Source: Thermoanaerobaculia bacterium (lineage in GTDB: Bacteria; Acidobacteriota; Thermoanaerobaculia; UBA5066; Gp7-AA6). From it: a stretch of 64,000 bases of DNA. The notes below the pieces were generated by a model. That model saw only the letters and a list, made by a program, of their open reading frames with translations, did not search any database and was not told the DNA's origin. This document shows positions 49,427-59,002 of the stretch, piece after piece (positions within the stretch are counted from its first letter, which is position 1; each line of letters starts with the position of its first letter). The position numbers were made by a program, and so were the translations under genes. The stretch is taken from NCBI GenBank assembly GCA_035263845.1, contig DATFQY010000191.1, positions 37-64,036 of the forward strand, read 5' to 3'.

Positions 49427-50836
49427 TCAGTGGAGGTGGGCGCTGGGGTTGCCCTGCGGAAGGGCGGCGAAGGCGGGGTTGTCGGGCTTCCCGCGGTTTA
49501 GGATGATCGCGTAGAGGAAGGGGGCGAAGCTCGTTCCCTTGCGGCCGTTGATCGCGACGATCGGGGTGCCGTCGGAGTCGAAGCGGCTGGCGTTCGCGAT
49601 GTCCTGCTCCAGGGTCTGGCGGACCTCCCGGGAATCCAGGCACGAGTCGATCTGGGCGCGCGACAGGAACCGCGAGGCGATATCGATCGCCTGCGAGCGT
49701 GTCAGGCCCTCCTGCTTCTCGAAGAGCGCCGTCGCGAGGTCCGGCTCCTTTCCCGACGGCTCGGCGCAGATGCGAAGCTTCGCCGCAACGCAGCGCACGT
49801 CGTCACGATTGCCGCCCGGCTTCAGGAGCGGGTTGCACCTTCCGTCCAGCGGGAACTGCCTCGAGTCCACGCTGTAGCTGCCGGGCGGCACCTCCTGGCG
49901 CAAGGAACGCAGGGTCTCGTTCAGGCTCGCGCAGTGCTCGCAAAGGATGTCGGTGAAATCCGTGATTCGGACCGGCGACATCTCGGGGCCGACGAGCGAG
50001 CGCGGCGGTGGAAGCTCCTGCGGGGTCGAGGCCCGGTAGATTGCGAGGGAATCCGCCAGCGTCTGCTTCAGGGACGGCTCCAGAGAGGCGATCATGTCGG
50101 CGATCGCCTTGTTGCGCTGCGGGCTGCCGGAAGAGACCTCCGGGGGCTCCGCGGCGACCTCGGAGCTCGGGGAGGACTTCGCCGCGGCGGCCACGGCCCG
50201 GCGCCCCGGCTCGCCGGTGGAGCGGGGCGTGTTGACGCCCGGGTAGAGGAGGACGAGGAACGCGGCGACGGCGCATCCTCCCGCGAGCGCGGCGGCGCGC
50301 GGCCAGTCAGGCAGGCCGAACGGGCGCCAGCGGCGCAGCGCGAACACGGCGTAGGCGGCGACGAGCGCGTCCATCGCGAGGCAGCCCAGGCACGCCGCGC
50401 CGGCGGCGACGCTCGCGCCCAGCATCACGACGATCCCGGCAGCCCCGGCGATCGCCGTGACACGAGCGGCGCCGAAGACCCTTCCGATGGATCTGCCGCG
50501 GGCCGCGCGCGAGAGCCCAGCGAGGGCGAGGGAGAACGCCCCGGCGCTCCAGACGAGGCCCCACGCCGCGACCGGCAGGCCGGTCAGGCCCTGGACTTCC
50601 GAGGCAAACTTCCCGTTCCATACCGCCGAGCAGTCGAGGCTGCCCTCGGTCGCGCAGAAAGTGTTTCCCCCGGAACGCAGGATCACAAGCTCCATCCAGA
50701 GAAAGAGCGACCAGAGCCCGGAAACCGCCGAGAGAGCGATGAGCGTTGCCCATGGCGGAGCGTCGGTCGAGCGTGGCGGACGCGGCGACGGATCAGCCGG
50801 TCGGGTTTCCTTTTTCTTTTTCTCCAACATCGTCAT
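49427..50836 (-). CDS. VKOR-domain / DsbA-like thioredoxin fusion protein
   Basis: N-terminal VKOR membrane domain with CxxC; C-terminal DsbA-like domain with a CEHC motif. Start limited by the downstream tRNA gene. Confidence 0.65.
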   Translation of the reverse strand: MTMLEKKKKETRPADPSPRPPRSTDAPPWATLIALSAVSGLWSLFLWMELVILRSGGNTFCATEGSLDCSAVWNGKFASEVQGLTGLPVAAWGLVWSAGAFSLALAGLSRAARGRSIGRVFGAARVTAIAGAAGIVVMLGASVAAGAACLGCLAMDALVAAYAVFALRRWRPFGLPDWPRAAALAGGCAVAAFLVLLYPGVNTPRSTGEPGRRAVAAAAKSSPSSEVAAEPPEVSSGSPQRNKAIADMIASLEPSLKQTLADSLAIYRASTPQELPPPRSLVGPEMSPVRITDFTDILCEHCASLNETLRSLRQEVPPGSYSVDSRQFPLDGRCNPLLKPGGNRDDVRCVAAKLRICAEPSGKEPDLATALFEKQEGLTRSQAIDIASRFLSRAQIDSCLDSREVRQTLEQDIANASRFDSDGTPIVAINGRKGTSFAPFLYAIILNRGKPDNPAFAALPQGNPSAHLH

Positions 50837-50904
50837 TGTGTCATCAGGCAGGGAACTCTCTTGATCCCTCTGGCCTGAGACCGTGCTATCCTCCGCGGTC
50901 CCGT

Positions 50905-50981
50905 GGGGCTGTAGCTCAGTTTGGGAGAGCGCCTGAATGGCATTCAGGAGGTCGACGGTTCGATCCCGTTCAGGGCTTTCG
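50905..50981 (+). tRNA. tRNA-Ala-like copy with a disrupted acceptor stem (probable pseudo-tRNA)
   Basis: Its first 66 nt are identical to tRNA-Ala(GGC), but the 3' acceptor strand CAGGGCT cannot pair with GGGGCTG and no CCA is present. Confidence 0.4.
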
Positions 50982-51090
50982 GCGCGGGCGCTCGCTCCGC
51001 GAGCGGCGCCGAGAGAGTTAGCTACCAGGGGCACTTAGCCGGCGAGCGCCTGCTGACTCAGGAGAGCCGTGCTATCCTGCGCGGTCCCGT

Positions 51091-51167
51091 GGGGCTGTAG
51101 CTCAGTTTGGGAGAGCGCCTGAATGGCATTCAGGAGGTCGACGGTTCGATCCCGTTCAGCTCCACCA
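51091..51167 (+). tRNA. tRNA-Ala (anticodon GGC)
   Basis: Canonical cloverleaf, G3:U70 identity pair, CCA encoded. Confidence 0.9.
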
Positions 51168-51246
51168 AGCAAGATCAACCACTAACATCCTAAGGCACAG
51201 AGCCTTCGTGCCCTAAGGGGAGGGACTCACCCCTCCCGCCGGGTCG

Positions 51247-52230
51247 ATGCCCCCTGCGTATTCGATAATCGTAAGGGTGTCGGCGGGGTTGGTTTGTTGC
51301 CGCTGCAAGGGGGCGCTGGCGGAGGAGGTTGGGGGCCTTCACTGCACCTCCTGCGATCTTGATTTCCCGGTCTCGAACGGGATCGCGGACTTTTCGGGGG
51401 GCGTCTACTACGACAACTTTCCCGGACCCGAGGTCCTTTCGGAGGAGAACCGGCGCGGCCTGGAGAACGAGAGCGAAGGAGCGCGGATCGAGGACTTCTA
51501 TCTTCCGCATCTGGACCGAATCGCGGCGGAGCGCGGGATTCCGCGAGCCGCGCTGCGGGTCCTGGATTCCGGCTGTGGCAACGGGGAGTCCGTCGATGTT
51601 CTGAATCGCCACGGCATCGACGCGTGGGGGCACGATCTCTCGGCGCTTCGCAAGTGGCAGTGGCGCGGCCGGGGGCGCCGCGATCGCCTCGTCGTGGCCG
51701 ACGGGGCGTCGCTGCCCTTCGCCGGCGGCTTCTTCGGAGCCGTCATCGCCTCCGGCGTCCTGGAGCACATCGGCGTTTCCGAAAGCGGTGGCCTTCGCTA
51801 CGAGGTCCGGCCGCTGCCCGAGCGAGACGAGCTTCGCCGACGATACCTCGCGGAGCTGATCCGCGTGCTGGCCCAGGGCGGATTCCTGTTCCTGGACTTC
51901 CCGAACGGAAGTTTTCCGATCGACTTCTGGCACGGCACGAGCCCGGGCGGAGCCCGGTTTCACCCACCCGGGGAAGGCTTCCTGCCGACCCTCTCGCAAG
52001 TTCGGTCGCTCTGTCGTCAGATCGACCTACTCCTCGTCGCGCGCACGCGAAGCCCCGAGGGGCGGCTGCGCTTCAACCAGGTTTCTTCTCACTGGTATGG
52101 GCCCCTCTTCCGAGCGCCCATGGCGGGGTTTTTCCGCTTGATGTCGGTCAAGCCTCTCCGGTTCCTGGCGGCGACCGCCCTGAACCCCTATCTAGTCATC
52201 GAGATCCGGCAGCGCCGGCCGGTCCGCTGA
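51247..52230 (+). CDS. SAM-dependent methyltransferase with N-terminal Trm112-like zinc ribbon
   Basis: CCRCKG...CTSC, then LDSGCGNGE motif I. Confidence 0.65.
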   Translation: MPPAYSIIVRVSAGLVCCRCKGALAEEVGGLHCTSCDLDFPVSNGIADFSGGVYYDNFPGPEVLSEENRRGLENESEGARIEDFYLPHLDRIAAERGIPRAALRVLDSGCGNGESVDVLNRHGIDAWGHDLSALRKWQWRGRGRRDRLVVADGASLPFAGGFFGAVIASGVLEHIGVSESGGLRYEVRPLPERDELRRRYLAELIRVLAQGGFLFLDFPNGSFPIDFWHGTSPGGARFHPPGEGFLPTLSQVRSLCRQIDLLLVARTRSPEGRLRFNQVSSHWYGPLFRAPMAGFFRLMSVKPLRFLAATALNPYLVIEIRQRRPVR

Positions 52231-52948
52231 ACGGCGGCGCCGGAAAGGCGTTGCGCGTGTACAGGAGCTGGAGCGCGAGACGCCGTCGCGAGGCGAGAGG
52301 AGTCCCTTTGTGAAGGCAAAAGGGATCCTCGGCGATGACCGTGCCGGCCGGGCCATGGATCGTGATGATCCTCTCCCGGCCGTAGGACCGAATCACCTCC
52401 TCGTCGGATCGGTGCCGGCGCGGGTGGAGTTGGTCCCTCCACCTTCGGAACCGATGACTGGCTCGCACGCACACGTGGGGGCCGGCGGAGGCATCTACGT
52501 CGGACAGGTAGAACAGGAACGCCAGCGAGCCGTAGTCATACAGGTCATAGTGGAACCGGGTCCCGCTCTCCCTCGGATCGCCGGGTGCCTCCGAGCTTTT
52601 CCACCACAGCCGGCTCCCCCGGTAAATCGCGGGAACTCCGAGATAGAGGGCGGCGATCCGCTCGAGCGCCGGATCCTTCGCGATCCTTTCGACCACCTCG
52701 AAAGGCGGGCCCTGGGCGGCGCATGGCGTGGACGCGGAGACTCGCTTTCCGAGACAAACGATCTCCCCGACGAGCGTCGCGGGAAGCCGCAGCCGGGCAT
52801 CGAAGCCATCGGCCCGCAGGGACGCCGCGAGCGCGTCCGCGTCCACATCGAAGATCGATCCGGCCCGGAAACCGAGGGCGCTAGTCCGGCGAACCGGACG
52901 GCACCGGGCGATCGTCCTCACCATGACGATCCGGGCCAGGGCGTACAT
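52196..52948 (-). CDS. PhyH-like Fe(II)/2OG-dependent dioxygenase
   Basis: HYD...LAFLFYLSDVD..GP..V...SH and a second His (TIHG). Start uncertain. Confidence 0.5.
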   Translation of the reverse strand: MYALARIVMVRTIARCRPVRRTSALGFRAGSIFDVDADALAASLRADGFDARLRLPATLVGEIVCLGKRVSASTPCAAQGPPFEVVERIAKDPALERIAALYLGVPAIYRGSRLWWKSSEAPGDPRESGTRFHYDLYDYGSLAFLFYLSDVDASAGPHVCVRASHRFRRWRDQLHPRRHRSDEEVIRSYGRERIITIHGPAGTVIAEDPFCLHKGTPLASRRRLALQLLYTRNAFPAPPFSGPAGAAGSR

Positions 52949-53159
52949 CGCGAGCCATCGGACCGCGGGCACGATTCCGGCGGATCGCGAGGCGAGGCCT
53001 CTGACTATGCCGAGCCAGTACCGCCCTGGCCTCGACGGAACCGCCCGTGAAGCGGCTTCGGGCGCTGCGATCCGAAACACTCCAGCGATCTACGTGGAGA
53101 CCCGGCGCGGCGTTGACCCGGGCACGTAAAACGAACCCCCAGCCGCCTCGCCGGCGGAC

Positions 53160-54254
53160 TCAGGCGGCCGTGATCTCCTTGGACGTGATCTCGTACTTGA
53201 AGTTGTCGGGATCCAGGCTATCCACGCGTCCGTCCGCGGTCTCGGCCTGCGGATACATGAAGAACGCGATCGTCGGCCCTGTGGAGCCCGGCAGCGAGAC
53301 GTCGCTGGCGAAGTTGTACGCCATCCAGTTCATCTCCCACGACCCGAAGAGCCTCGCGCGGGCCTTCTTGACCATCTCGTCATCGATCGGGCGGTTGCCT
53401 GGCGGCTCCTCGAGAACGACCTTGCGAACGTCGGCCGGATCCACCGGCACCCAGCCGTAGCCGGCGAGGTACACCTCCGCGCGGCAGTGCTGCGACTTCG
53501 TCACCGTCTCGGAGTTCGCGCCGAGGCTCTTGTAGCCGAGGTCGGACTTCGCGACCCGGATGCCGTAGACGTCGCGCGCGGGGATCCCGGAGGAGCGCGC
53601 CAGCCCGACGTAGAGGGCGTTCAAGTCGGCGCACTTGCCGCCGAGGTCCTTCGTCTCGAGCATCCCTCGGACGTCGCCGATTCCGCAGCCGCGGGTCTTG
53701 GGATTGCGGAAGGTGTTGTCCACGATCCACTCGTAGATCGCGCGGGCCTTCTCGACGTCGGTCTTCGCGCCCTTCGTGGCGAGATCGGCCGTGGCCTTGA
53801 CGATCCCCCCGGTCGGAATGAGCTTCGTCGGCCGCAGGAAGTGCTCGACCTCCGCGTGATCGGCCTTCGGCGCCTTGCCGGGGGCGGAGAGGTCCACCGC
53901 GGCGTTCTTCGTGGAGATCCGGCTAGTCAGCGTCAGGACCGGCCTGGCCCCGGCCGGGAACCTCGCCGCGACGATGCCGAGGCGGTCCTCCCGGCTCTCG
54001 AGGAGCTCGGCCGTTCCGCCATCCGCCGTAAACCGGTTGGCGAGCGTCTTCTGGTAGGGGGTCTCCCCGATCAGGGCCGCCGGCAGCCAGACCAGCGTCT
54101 GGCCGGAAGGTTTCAGGACCTCGGCGCGCGTGGTCACCTCGAAAGTGCGCCAGTCGCCGGCGGACGGCGCCTGCGCGAACAGGCGGCCCGTCTTCGGAAA
54201 AGCCAGGGTCGCGGAAGCGACACCGGCAGTACGCAAGAAATCGCGGCGGTTCAT
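53160..54254 (-). CDS. Transglutaminase-like protein with Tat signal
   Basis: RRDFLRTAGVASA twin-arginine signal; Cys-His-Asp core (GKCADL...CRAEVYLAGYGWVPVDP). Confidence 0.7.
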   Translation of the reverse strand: MNRRDFLRTAGVASATLAFPKTGRLFAQAPSAGDWRTFEVTTRAEVLKPSGQTLVWLPAALIGETPYQKTLANRFTADGGTAELLESREDRLGIVAARFPAGARPVLTLTSRISTKNAAVDLSAPGKAPKADHAEVEHFLRPTKLIPTGGIVKATADLATKGAKTDVEKARAIYEWIVDNTFRNPKTRGCGIGDVRGMLETKDLGGKCADLNALYVGLARSSGIPARDVYGIRVAKSDLGYKSLGANSETVTKSQHCRAEVYLAGYGWVPVDPADVRKVVLEEPPGNRPIDDEMVKKARARLFGSWEMNWMAYNFASDVSLPGSTGPTIAFFMYPQAETADGRVDSLDPDNFKYEITSKEITAA

Positions 54255-54340
54255 GAGACGACTCCTTTCGCCCGGAACGTCACGCCCACGTTCCCGTCTG
54301 GAAAGCTACCTCCAATTCCCGTGCCCGCGCAACGGGGGGA

Positions 54341-55942
54341 TCAGCGCGGCCCCGCCGGTCCCCGGAAGCGCCCCCGGGCCCGAAGGACCCAGTAGGCGCC
54401 GAGGAAGAGGAAGAAAGCGAGCGTCGTCCAGAGGACCAGCTCGTTGGGAGGCAGGGCGAAGACGACCGTGATGAAGAGGATCCAGGCGACCGCGACGATG
54501 TTGACGAAGACCGCCTTCCGGCCGAGGTTCCAGGGGGCGGTCTCGCGCGTCGCGAACTCGCCCCGCCCGCGCAGGCGGTTCCTCAGGTTCAGGAAGATCG
54601 GGATGCCGTAGGCCAGGTAGAGCGTGATGGTGCTCGCGGAGGTCAGGACCGTAAAGGCCGCCGCGTAGAGCGAGACGGCGACGGCGAGCGAGCTCGCCGT
54701 CAGGATCGCGGCGACCGGCACTCCCCTCGAGGCGGAGACGACGGCGAGCCGCCGGGATCCAGGCATGCCGCCGTCGCGGGCGAAGGCGAACCACATGCGG
54801 GCCATCGAAGAGACCGAGGAGGAGCCGCAGAGCCACATCGCTCCGCCGATGATGACCGCGACCAGGTTGGCGAGCGTGCGCGACAGGTTGCCGTCCGCGA
54901 TCGCGAGAACGGGGTACGGGTCGCGCGCGACGGCCGCGATGTCGCCTCCGGGGATCGTCCAGGTCAGGACGACCAGGAGGACGTAGCCGACGACGGCCGA
55001 GACCGCGACGGAAAGGAAGATCCCCCAGGCCGAGTTCAACCTCGCCATCCGCGTCTCCTCGGCCATGTGCGCCGACGCGTCGTAGCCGGTGTAGGTCCAC
55101 TGCGCCTGGAGCAGCGCGAGGACGAAGACGAGGAAAAACGGGGCCGCGCGGTAAACCTCGGAGAGGCCCGGCAAGAGCGCGAAGAGCGGAGAGGGGACCT
55201 TCATGTCGCCGAAAACGAGGGCCGGGACCATCCGGCCGCCGCCGAAGTCGGCCGAGGAGGCCTCGAGGGGGTTGACGGTGTTGACGAAGCGGAAGAGGAA
55301 GGCGAGGTCGTTGTGGTACTTCCCGAGAACCGCCAGCAGGAAGACGATGACCGCGCCGCCGGCGATGTGCCAGTAGACCGAGAGGTCGTTCAGGCGCGCC
55401 GTCAGGCGCACGCCATAGATGTTGATAACGACCTGCGGAATCATGAGCAGGACCATCACGAAGAGCTGGAAGCCCCAGCCCGTGACCGATCCGAAGAGGG
55501 GCAGGCGCAGGTCCGCCGGGAGACCCAGGATCCGGGTCGCCGCGCCGATGAAGTAGATCGCGGCGGCGACATTGATCCCGGCGGTGATCGTGACCTGGCC
55601 GACCATGTTCAGCCACGCGGTCGTCCACGCCCATCCGCGTCCCCCGAGCCGGAACGCCCAGAAGTAGAGGCCGCCCGCGGTCGGATAGGCCGAGGCGAGC
55701 TCCGCCATCGAGGCGGCGATCGCGAGGGTGAGCACGGAGGCGACGGGCCACCCGACGGTGTTGACGATCGGCCCCGCGAGCTTCAGCCCGTAACCGTAGA
55801 GGAGGACCGCCCCCGTCAGGACCGAGATGATCGAGAAGCTGATCGCGAAGTTGGAGAAGCCCCCCATCTCGCGGAGGAGCTGCTGCGTATAGCCGAGACG
55901 CTTCAGGTCCTCTTCGTCTTGTCGTAGGACCTGGTCGTTCAA
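54341..55942 (-). CDS. Amino acid/polyamine permease (APC family)
   Basis: 12 TM segments, APC signature near the N-terminus. TTG start, uncertain. Confidence 0.8.
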   Translation of the reverse strand: MNDQVLRQDEEDLKRLGYTQQLLREMGGFSNFAISFSIISVLTGAVLLYGYGLKLAGPIVNTVGWPVASVLTLAIAASMAELASAYPTAGGLYFWAFRLGGRGWAWTTAWLNMVGQVTITAGINVAAAIYFIGAATRILGLPADLRLPLFGSVTGWGFQLFVMVLLMIPQVVINIYGVRLTARLNDLSVYWHIAGGAVIVFLLAVLGKYHNDLAFLFRFVNTVNPLEASSADFGGGRMVPALVFGDMKVPSPLFALLPGLSEVYRAAPFFLVFVLALLQAQWTYTGYDASAHMAEETRMARLNSAWGIFLSVAVSAVVGYVLLVVLTWTIPGGDIAAVARDPYPVLAIADGNLSRTLANLVAVIIGGAMWLCGSSSVSSMARMWFAFARDGGMPGSRRLAVVSASRGVPVAAILTASSLAVAVSLYAAAFTVLTSASTITLYLAYGIPIFLNLRNRLRGRGEFATRETAPWNLGRKAVFVNIVAVAWILFITVVFALPPNELVLWTTLAFFLFLGAYWVLRARGRFRGPAGPR

Positions 55943-55952
55943 GAAAGAGTTC

Positions 55953-56010
55953 CTTAGTCCTTGGTCCTTGGTCCCTGGTCGTGGTCGCCCCGACCAAGGA
56001 CGAAGGACAA
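55953..56010 (-). repeat. Heptamer-array palindrome (CTTAGTC CTTGGTC CTTGGTC CCTGGTC / GACCAAG GACGAAG GACAAGG GACTAAG)
   Basis: Read directly. Lies between the SDR stop and the permease start. Confidence 0.55.
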
Positions 56011-56025
56011 GGGACTAAGCACGCT

Positions 56026-56799
56026 TCATTCCGGGGTGGTGTAGGCCACTGTGATCCCGCCGTCAACGGTCAGGGCGACCCCGTTGATGTAGGAGGACTC
56101 GTCGGAGGCGAGGAAGAGGGCCGCGTGGGCGACCTCCGAGGCCTTCGCGAGGCGGCCGAAGGGAATGTGGACCATCCTCCGCGCGCGGCGGGCGGGATCT
56201 CCCAGCAGCTCCGCCATCAGCGGCGTGTCCACGGGGCCCGGGCAGAGCGCGTTGACGCGGATGTTGCGGCGCGCGAACTCGACGGCGGTCTCGCGGGTCA
56301 GCGACAGGACGCCTCCCTTGCTCGCCGTGTAGGCGATCTGGGGCGTCGCGGCCCCCATCAGGGCCACGAAGGAGGCCGTGTTGACGACGCTTCCCCCGCC
56401 CGCGCGAAGGAGCGCGGGGATCCCGTACTTGCAGCCGAGGAAGACCCCCTTCAGGTTGATGTTCATCACCAGGTCCCAGGTCTTCTCGTCGGTCTCCAGG
56501 ACTCCCCCGTCGTTGCCCGGAAAGATTCCCGCGTTGTTGAAGAGCACGTTCAGCTTCCCGAAGGCCTTCTCCGCCGAGGCGACCATTCCCTCGACGTCGG
56601 CCGCCTTCGAGACGTCAGCATGGACGAACTTCGCCTTCCCGCCGGCAGTCTCGATCTCGCGGACCGTCTGCCGCCCGCCTTCGTCAGCGACGTCCGCGAC
56701 GACGACGCTCGCTCCCTCTTTCGCGAAGAGCAGCGAGGCCTCGCGGCCGATACCGCTGCCTCCGCCGGTGATCAACGCAACCTTGTCTTTCAGCCTCAT
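56026..56799 (-). CDS. SDR family oxidoreductase
   Basis: TGGGSGIG and YTASK motifs, with NNAG. Good RBS. Confidence 0.85.
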   Translation of the reverse strand: MRLKDKVALITGGGSGIGREASLLFAKEGASVVVADVADEGGRQTVREIETAGGKAKFVHADVSKAADVEGMVASAEKAFGKLNVLFNNAGIFPGNDGGVLETDEKTWDLVMNINLKGVFLGCKYGIPALLRAGGGSVVNTASFVALMGAATPQIAYTASKGGVLSLTRETAVEFARRNIRVNALCPGPVDTPLMAELLGDPARRARRMVHIPFGRLAKASEVAHAALFLASDESSYINGVALTVDGGITVAYTTPE

Positions 56800-56816
56800 G
56801 GTCTTCTCCGGGCTTC

Positions 56817-56853
56817 CGTCAATCACAAATCACAAATCACAGATTCTTCCTCA
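56817..56853 (-). repeat. GGAAGAATC-(TGTGATTTGTGATTTGTGA) element right after the glutamine-synthetase-like stop
   Basis: Read directly. Confidence 0.6.
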
Positions 56854-58239
56854 GCCTCTTTCGAAAAAACGCGCTTTTTCCCAATCGGTAACTGCCTCGT
56901 CGAACTTCCTCTGCTCGGTCCGGAGGAAATGCACGTAGTGATCCACGAACTCCGTTCCGAAAGCCTCGCGAGCGAAGGAGCTCGACGCGAGCCGGTCGGT
57001 CGCGTCCCGCAGCGTTCCCGGCACGCGGGCGAGCGACTTCGCGGCGTAGGCGTCTCCGTCGAAGGCCGGGAGCGGCTCGATACGCATCGCGATCCCGTCG
57101 AGCCCCGCGGCGAGCGCCGCCGAGTAGGCGAGGTACGGGTTCGCGTCCGCTCCCGGGATCCGGCACTCGATCCGCAATGACTCCCCGTGCCCGACGACCC
57201 GGAACCCGACCGTGCGGTTGTCGCGGCTCCAGGCCACGGAGGTCGGCGCGAACGACGCGCTCTGGAAGCGCTTGTAGGAGTTGACCGACGGCGCGCAGAG
57301 CGCGGCGAGCTCCTCGGCGTGCGCCATCCACCCGCCCAGGAACCAGCGGAAGAGGTCGCTCCCCTCGGCTCCGTCCGGCGACCCTCCCGCGAAGAGGTTC
57401 TGCTCGCCCGCGGGATTCCAGAGCGAGAGGTGCTGGTGCATGGAGCTGCCCGCGAGCCTCTCGTTCCACTTCGCCATGAACGTCACGGCGAGGCCCTGCC
57501 GGTGAGCGATCTCCTTGGCCGCGTGCTTGGTCAGGACGTTGGCGTCGGCCTGGTCGAGCACGTCGGAAAAGCGCGAGTTCAACTCCTGCTGGCCCGGCCC
57601 CCACTCCCCCTTCGACCCCTCCATCGGCACGCCGCTCGCTTCGAGCGCCCTCACGATCGCGCCGACGAGCGGCTCTTCTTTCGATCCCTGGAGGATGTTG
57701 TAGTCCTCGATGTAGGAGCCGAAGGTCTCCAGCTCCCGGTACCCCTTCTTCCGCGCCGAGTCGTAGCTCTCGGCGAAGAGGTACATCTCCAGCTCCGACC
57801 CCGCCCGCGGCCGCAGTCCGATCTCCCGCGCCCGCTCGACCTGCCGCGCGAGCAGCCGCCTCGGCGCGAGCTCGATCGCCCGCCTTCCCGAGTTGACGAG
57901 GTCGCAGAGAACGATCGCGGTCTTCTCCAGCCAGGCCGCGCGGCGCAGCGTCCGCCCGTCCGCCACGCAGTGGAAGTCGCCGTAGCCGGTCTCCCAGCTC
58001 GTGAAGGCGTAGCCAGGGACCGGGTCCATCTCCATGTCGCAGGCGAGCAGGTAGTCGCAGGCGTGGAACCCGTGGGACGCGACGTTTTCCAAGAAGAACC
58101 GAGCGACGAAACGCTTGCCCATCAGGCGGCCGTAGAAGTCCGGGAAGACGGCCAGGACCGTCTCGATCTCGCCCGCCTCGACGGCGCGCGCCAGATCCTC
58201 TTCCGTCAGCTTCCCCGGAACGGACTTCCCCGCCGCCAT
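56851..58239 (-). CDS. Glutamine synthetase family protein (gamma-glutamyl-polyamine synthetase-like)
   Basis: 462 aa GS catalytic domain. Confidence 0.8.
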   Translation of the reverse strand: MAAGKSVPGKLTEEDLARAVEAGEIETVLAVFPDFYGRLMGKRFVARFFLENVASHGFHACDYLLACDMEMDPVPGYAFTSWETGYGDFHCVADGRTLRRAAWLEKTAIVLCDLVNSGRRAIELAPRRLLARQVERAREIGLRPRAGSELEMYLFAESYDSARKKGYRELETFGSYIEDYNILQGSKEEPLVGAIVRALEASGVPMEGSKGEWGPGQQELNSRFSDVLDQADANVLTKHAAKEIAHRQGLAVTFMAKWNERLAGSSMHQHLSLWNPAGEQNLFAGGSPDGAEGSDLFRWFLGGWMAHAEELAALCAPSVNSYKRFQSASFAPTSVAWSRDNRTVGFRVVGHGESLRIECRIPGADANPYLAYSAALAAGLDGIAMRIEPLPAFDGDAYAAKSLARVPGTLRDATDRLASSSFAREAFGTEFVDHYVHFLRTEQRKFDEAVTDWEKARFFERG

Positions 58240-58333
58240 CCTGACCCCCGACCGTCGAAACGGTGCCAGAGTCTAACCTCTGGCGGATCGCGCCGGGGCG
58301 AGGAGGGACGGGGAAGTTCCGTCCGGACCGTTC

Positions 58334-58927
58334 TCAGGCCTGCGGCTTGCTCGCCTCCTGGTTTCCGATCAGGCTCGCCAGGAGCGCCCTGGCCCGCAGC
58401 CGCCGCGCGACCGTCGCCTTGTGGCGCCCGCCGGGCAGGCGGACGCCGAGCTTGCGCAGGGCCGCCGATTCGATCTGACGGATCCGCTCGCGGGTCACGC
58501 CCATCCTGCCGGCGACCTGGGCCAGGGAAAGCGGCTCTCTCTCGAGCCCGAAGGTCAGCGTCAGGACCGACGCTTCCCTCGGCGTCAGGTCGCGCCAGCG
58601 TGCGCTCAGGGCCTCGTGAAGCTGCTCCCTCTCCTGCGGGTCGAGCGGCCGCTCCTCGGGCCGGTCCCACTCGGGGAAGAGGTCCTCGAGCCGGACGGGA
58701 CGATTGAGGAGCGCCGAGACGACGTCCGCCGCGCGCTCGCCGTGGCGCTCGATCCAGAGACGGGAAACGTTGCTGACGACCGGTTTCTCGACCGGTGAGA
58801 CCAGAAAGAGACTCAGGACCGTTCTCGGAGACCCGATCAATTGCGTGAGGCTGTGGCCGTTGCGCTCGCTCGCCTCGCGGGCCTCTCTCCAGAGATCCGA
58901 GTTGACCGTGACAGGCATCTTTCGCAC
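58334..58927 (-). CDS. Sigma-70 region 3/4 HTH protein (no recognisable region 2)
   Basis: LTPREASVLTLTFGLEREPLSLAQVAGRMGVTRERIRQIESAALRKL. Confidence 0.5.
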   Translation of the reverse strand: MRKMPVTVNSDLWREAREASERNGHSLTQLIGSPRTVLSLFLVSPVEKPVVSNVSRLWIERHGERAADVVSALLNRPVRLEDLFPEWDRPEERPLDPQEREQLHEALSARWRDLTPREASVLTLTFGLEREPLSLAQVAGRMGVTRERIRQIESAALRKLGVRLPGGRHKATVARRLRARALLASLIGNQEASKPQA

Positions 58928-59002
58928 CTCCGTCTTGAAATTGGGCCGCTCCGCCGACGAGGCGGACGAAGCCCGGACCGTTGGACGGAACGGGGGTGCG
59001 TC

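Noticed and set aside
50836-50905. Possible sigma-70 promoter (TTGATC ... TGCTATCCT) upstream of the first tRNA-Ala copy
   Set aside because: The pattern match is weak in GC-rich DNA and the second copy lacks the -35-like hexamer, so it is not reported as a feature.
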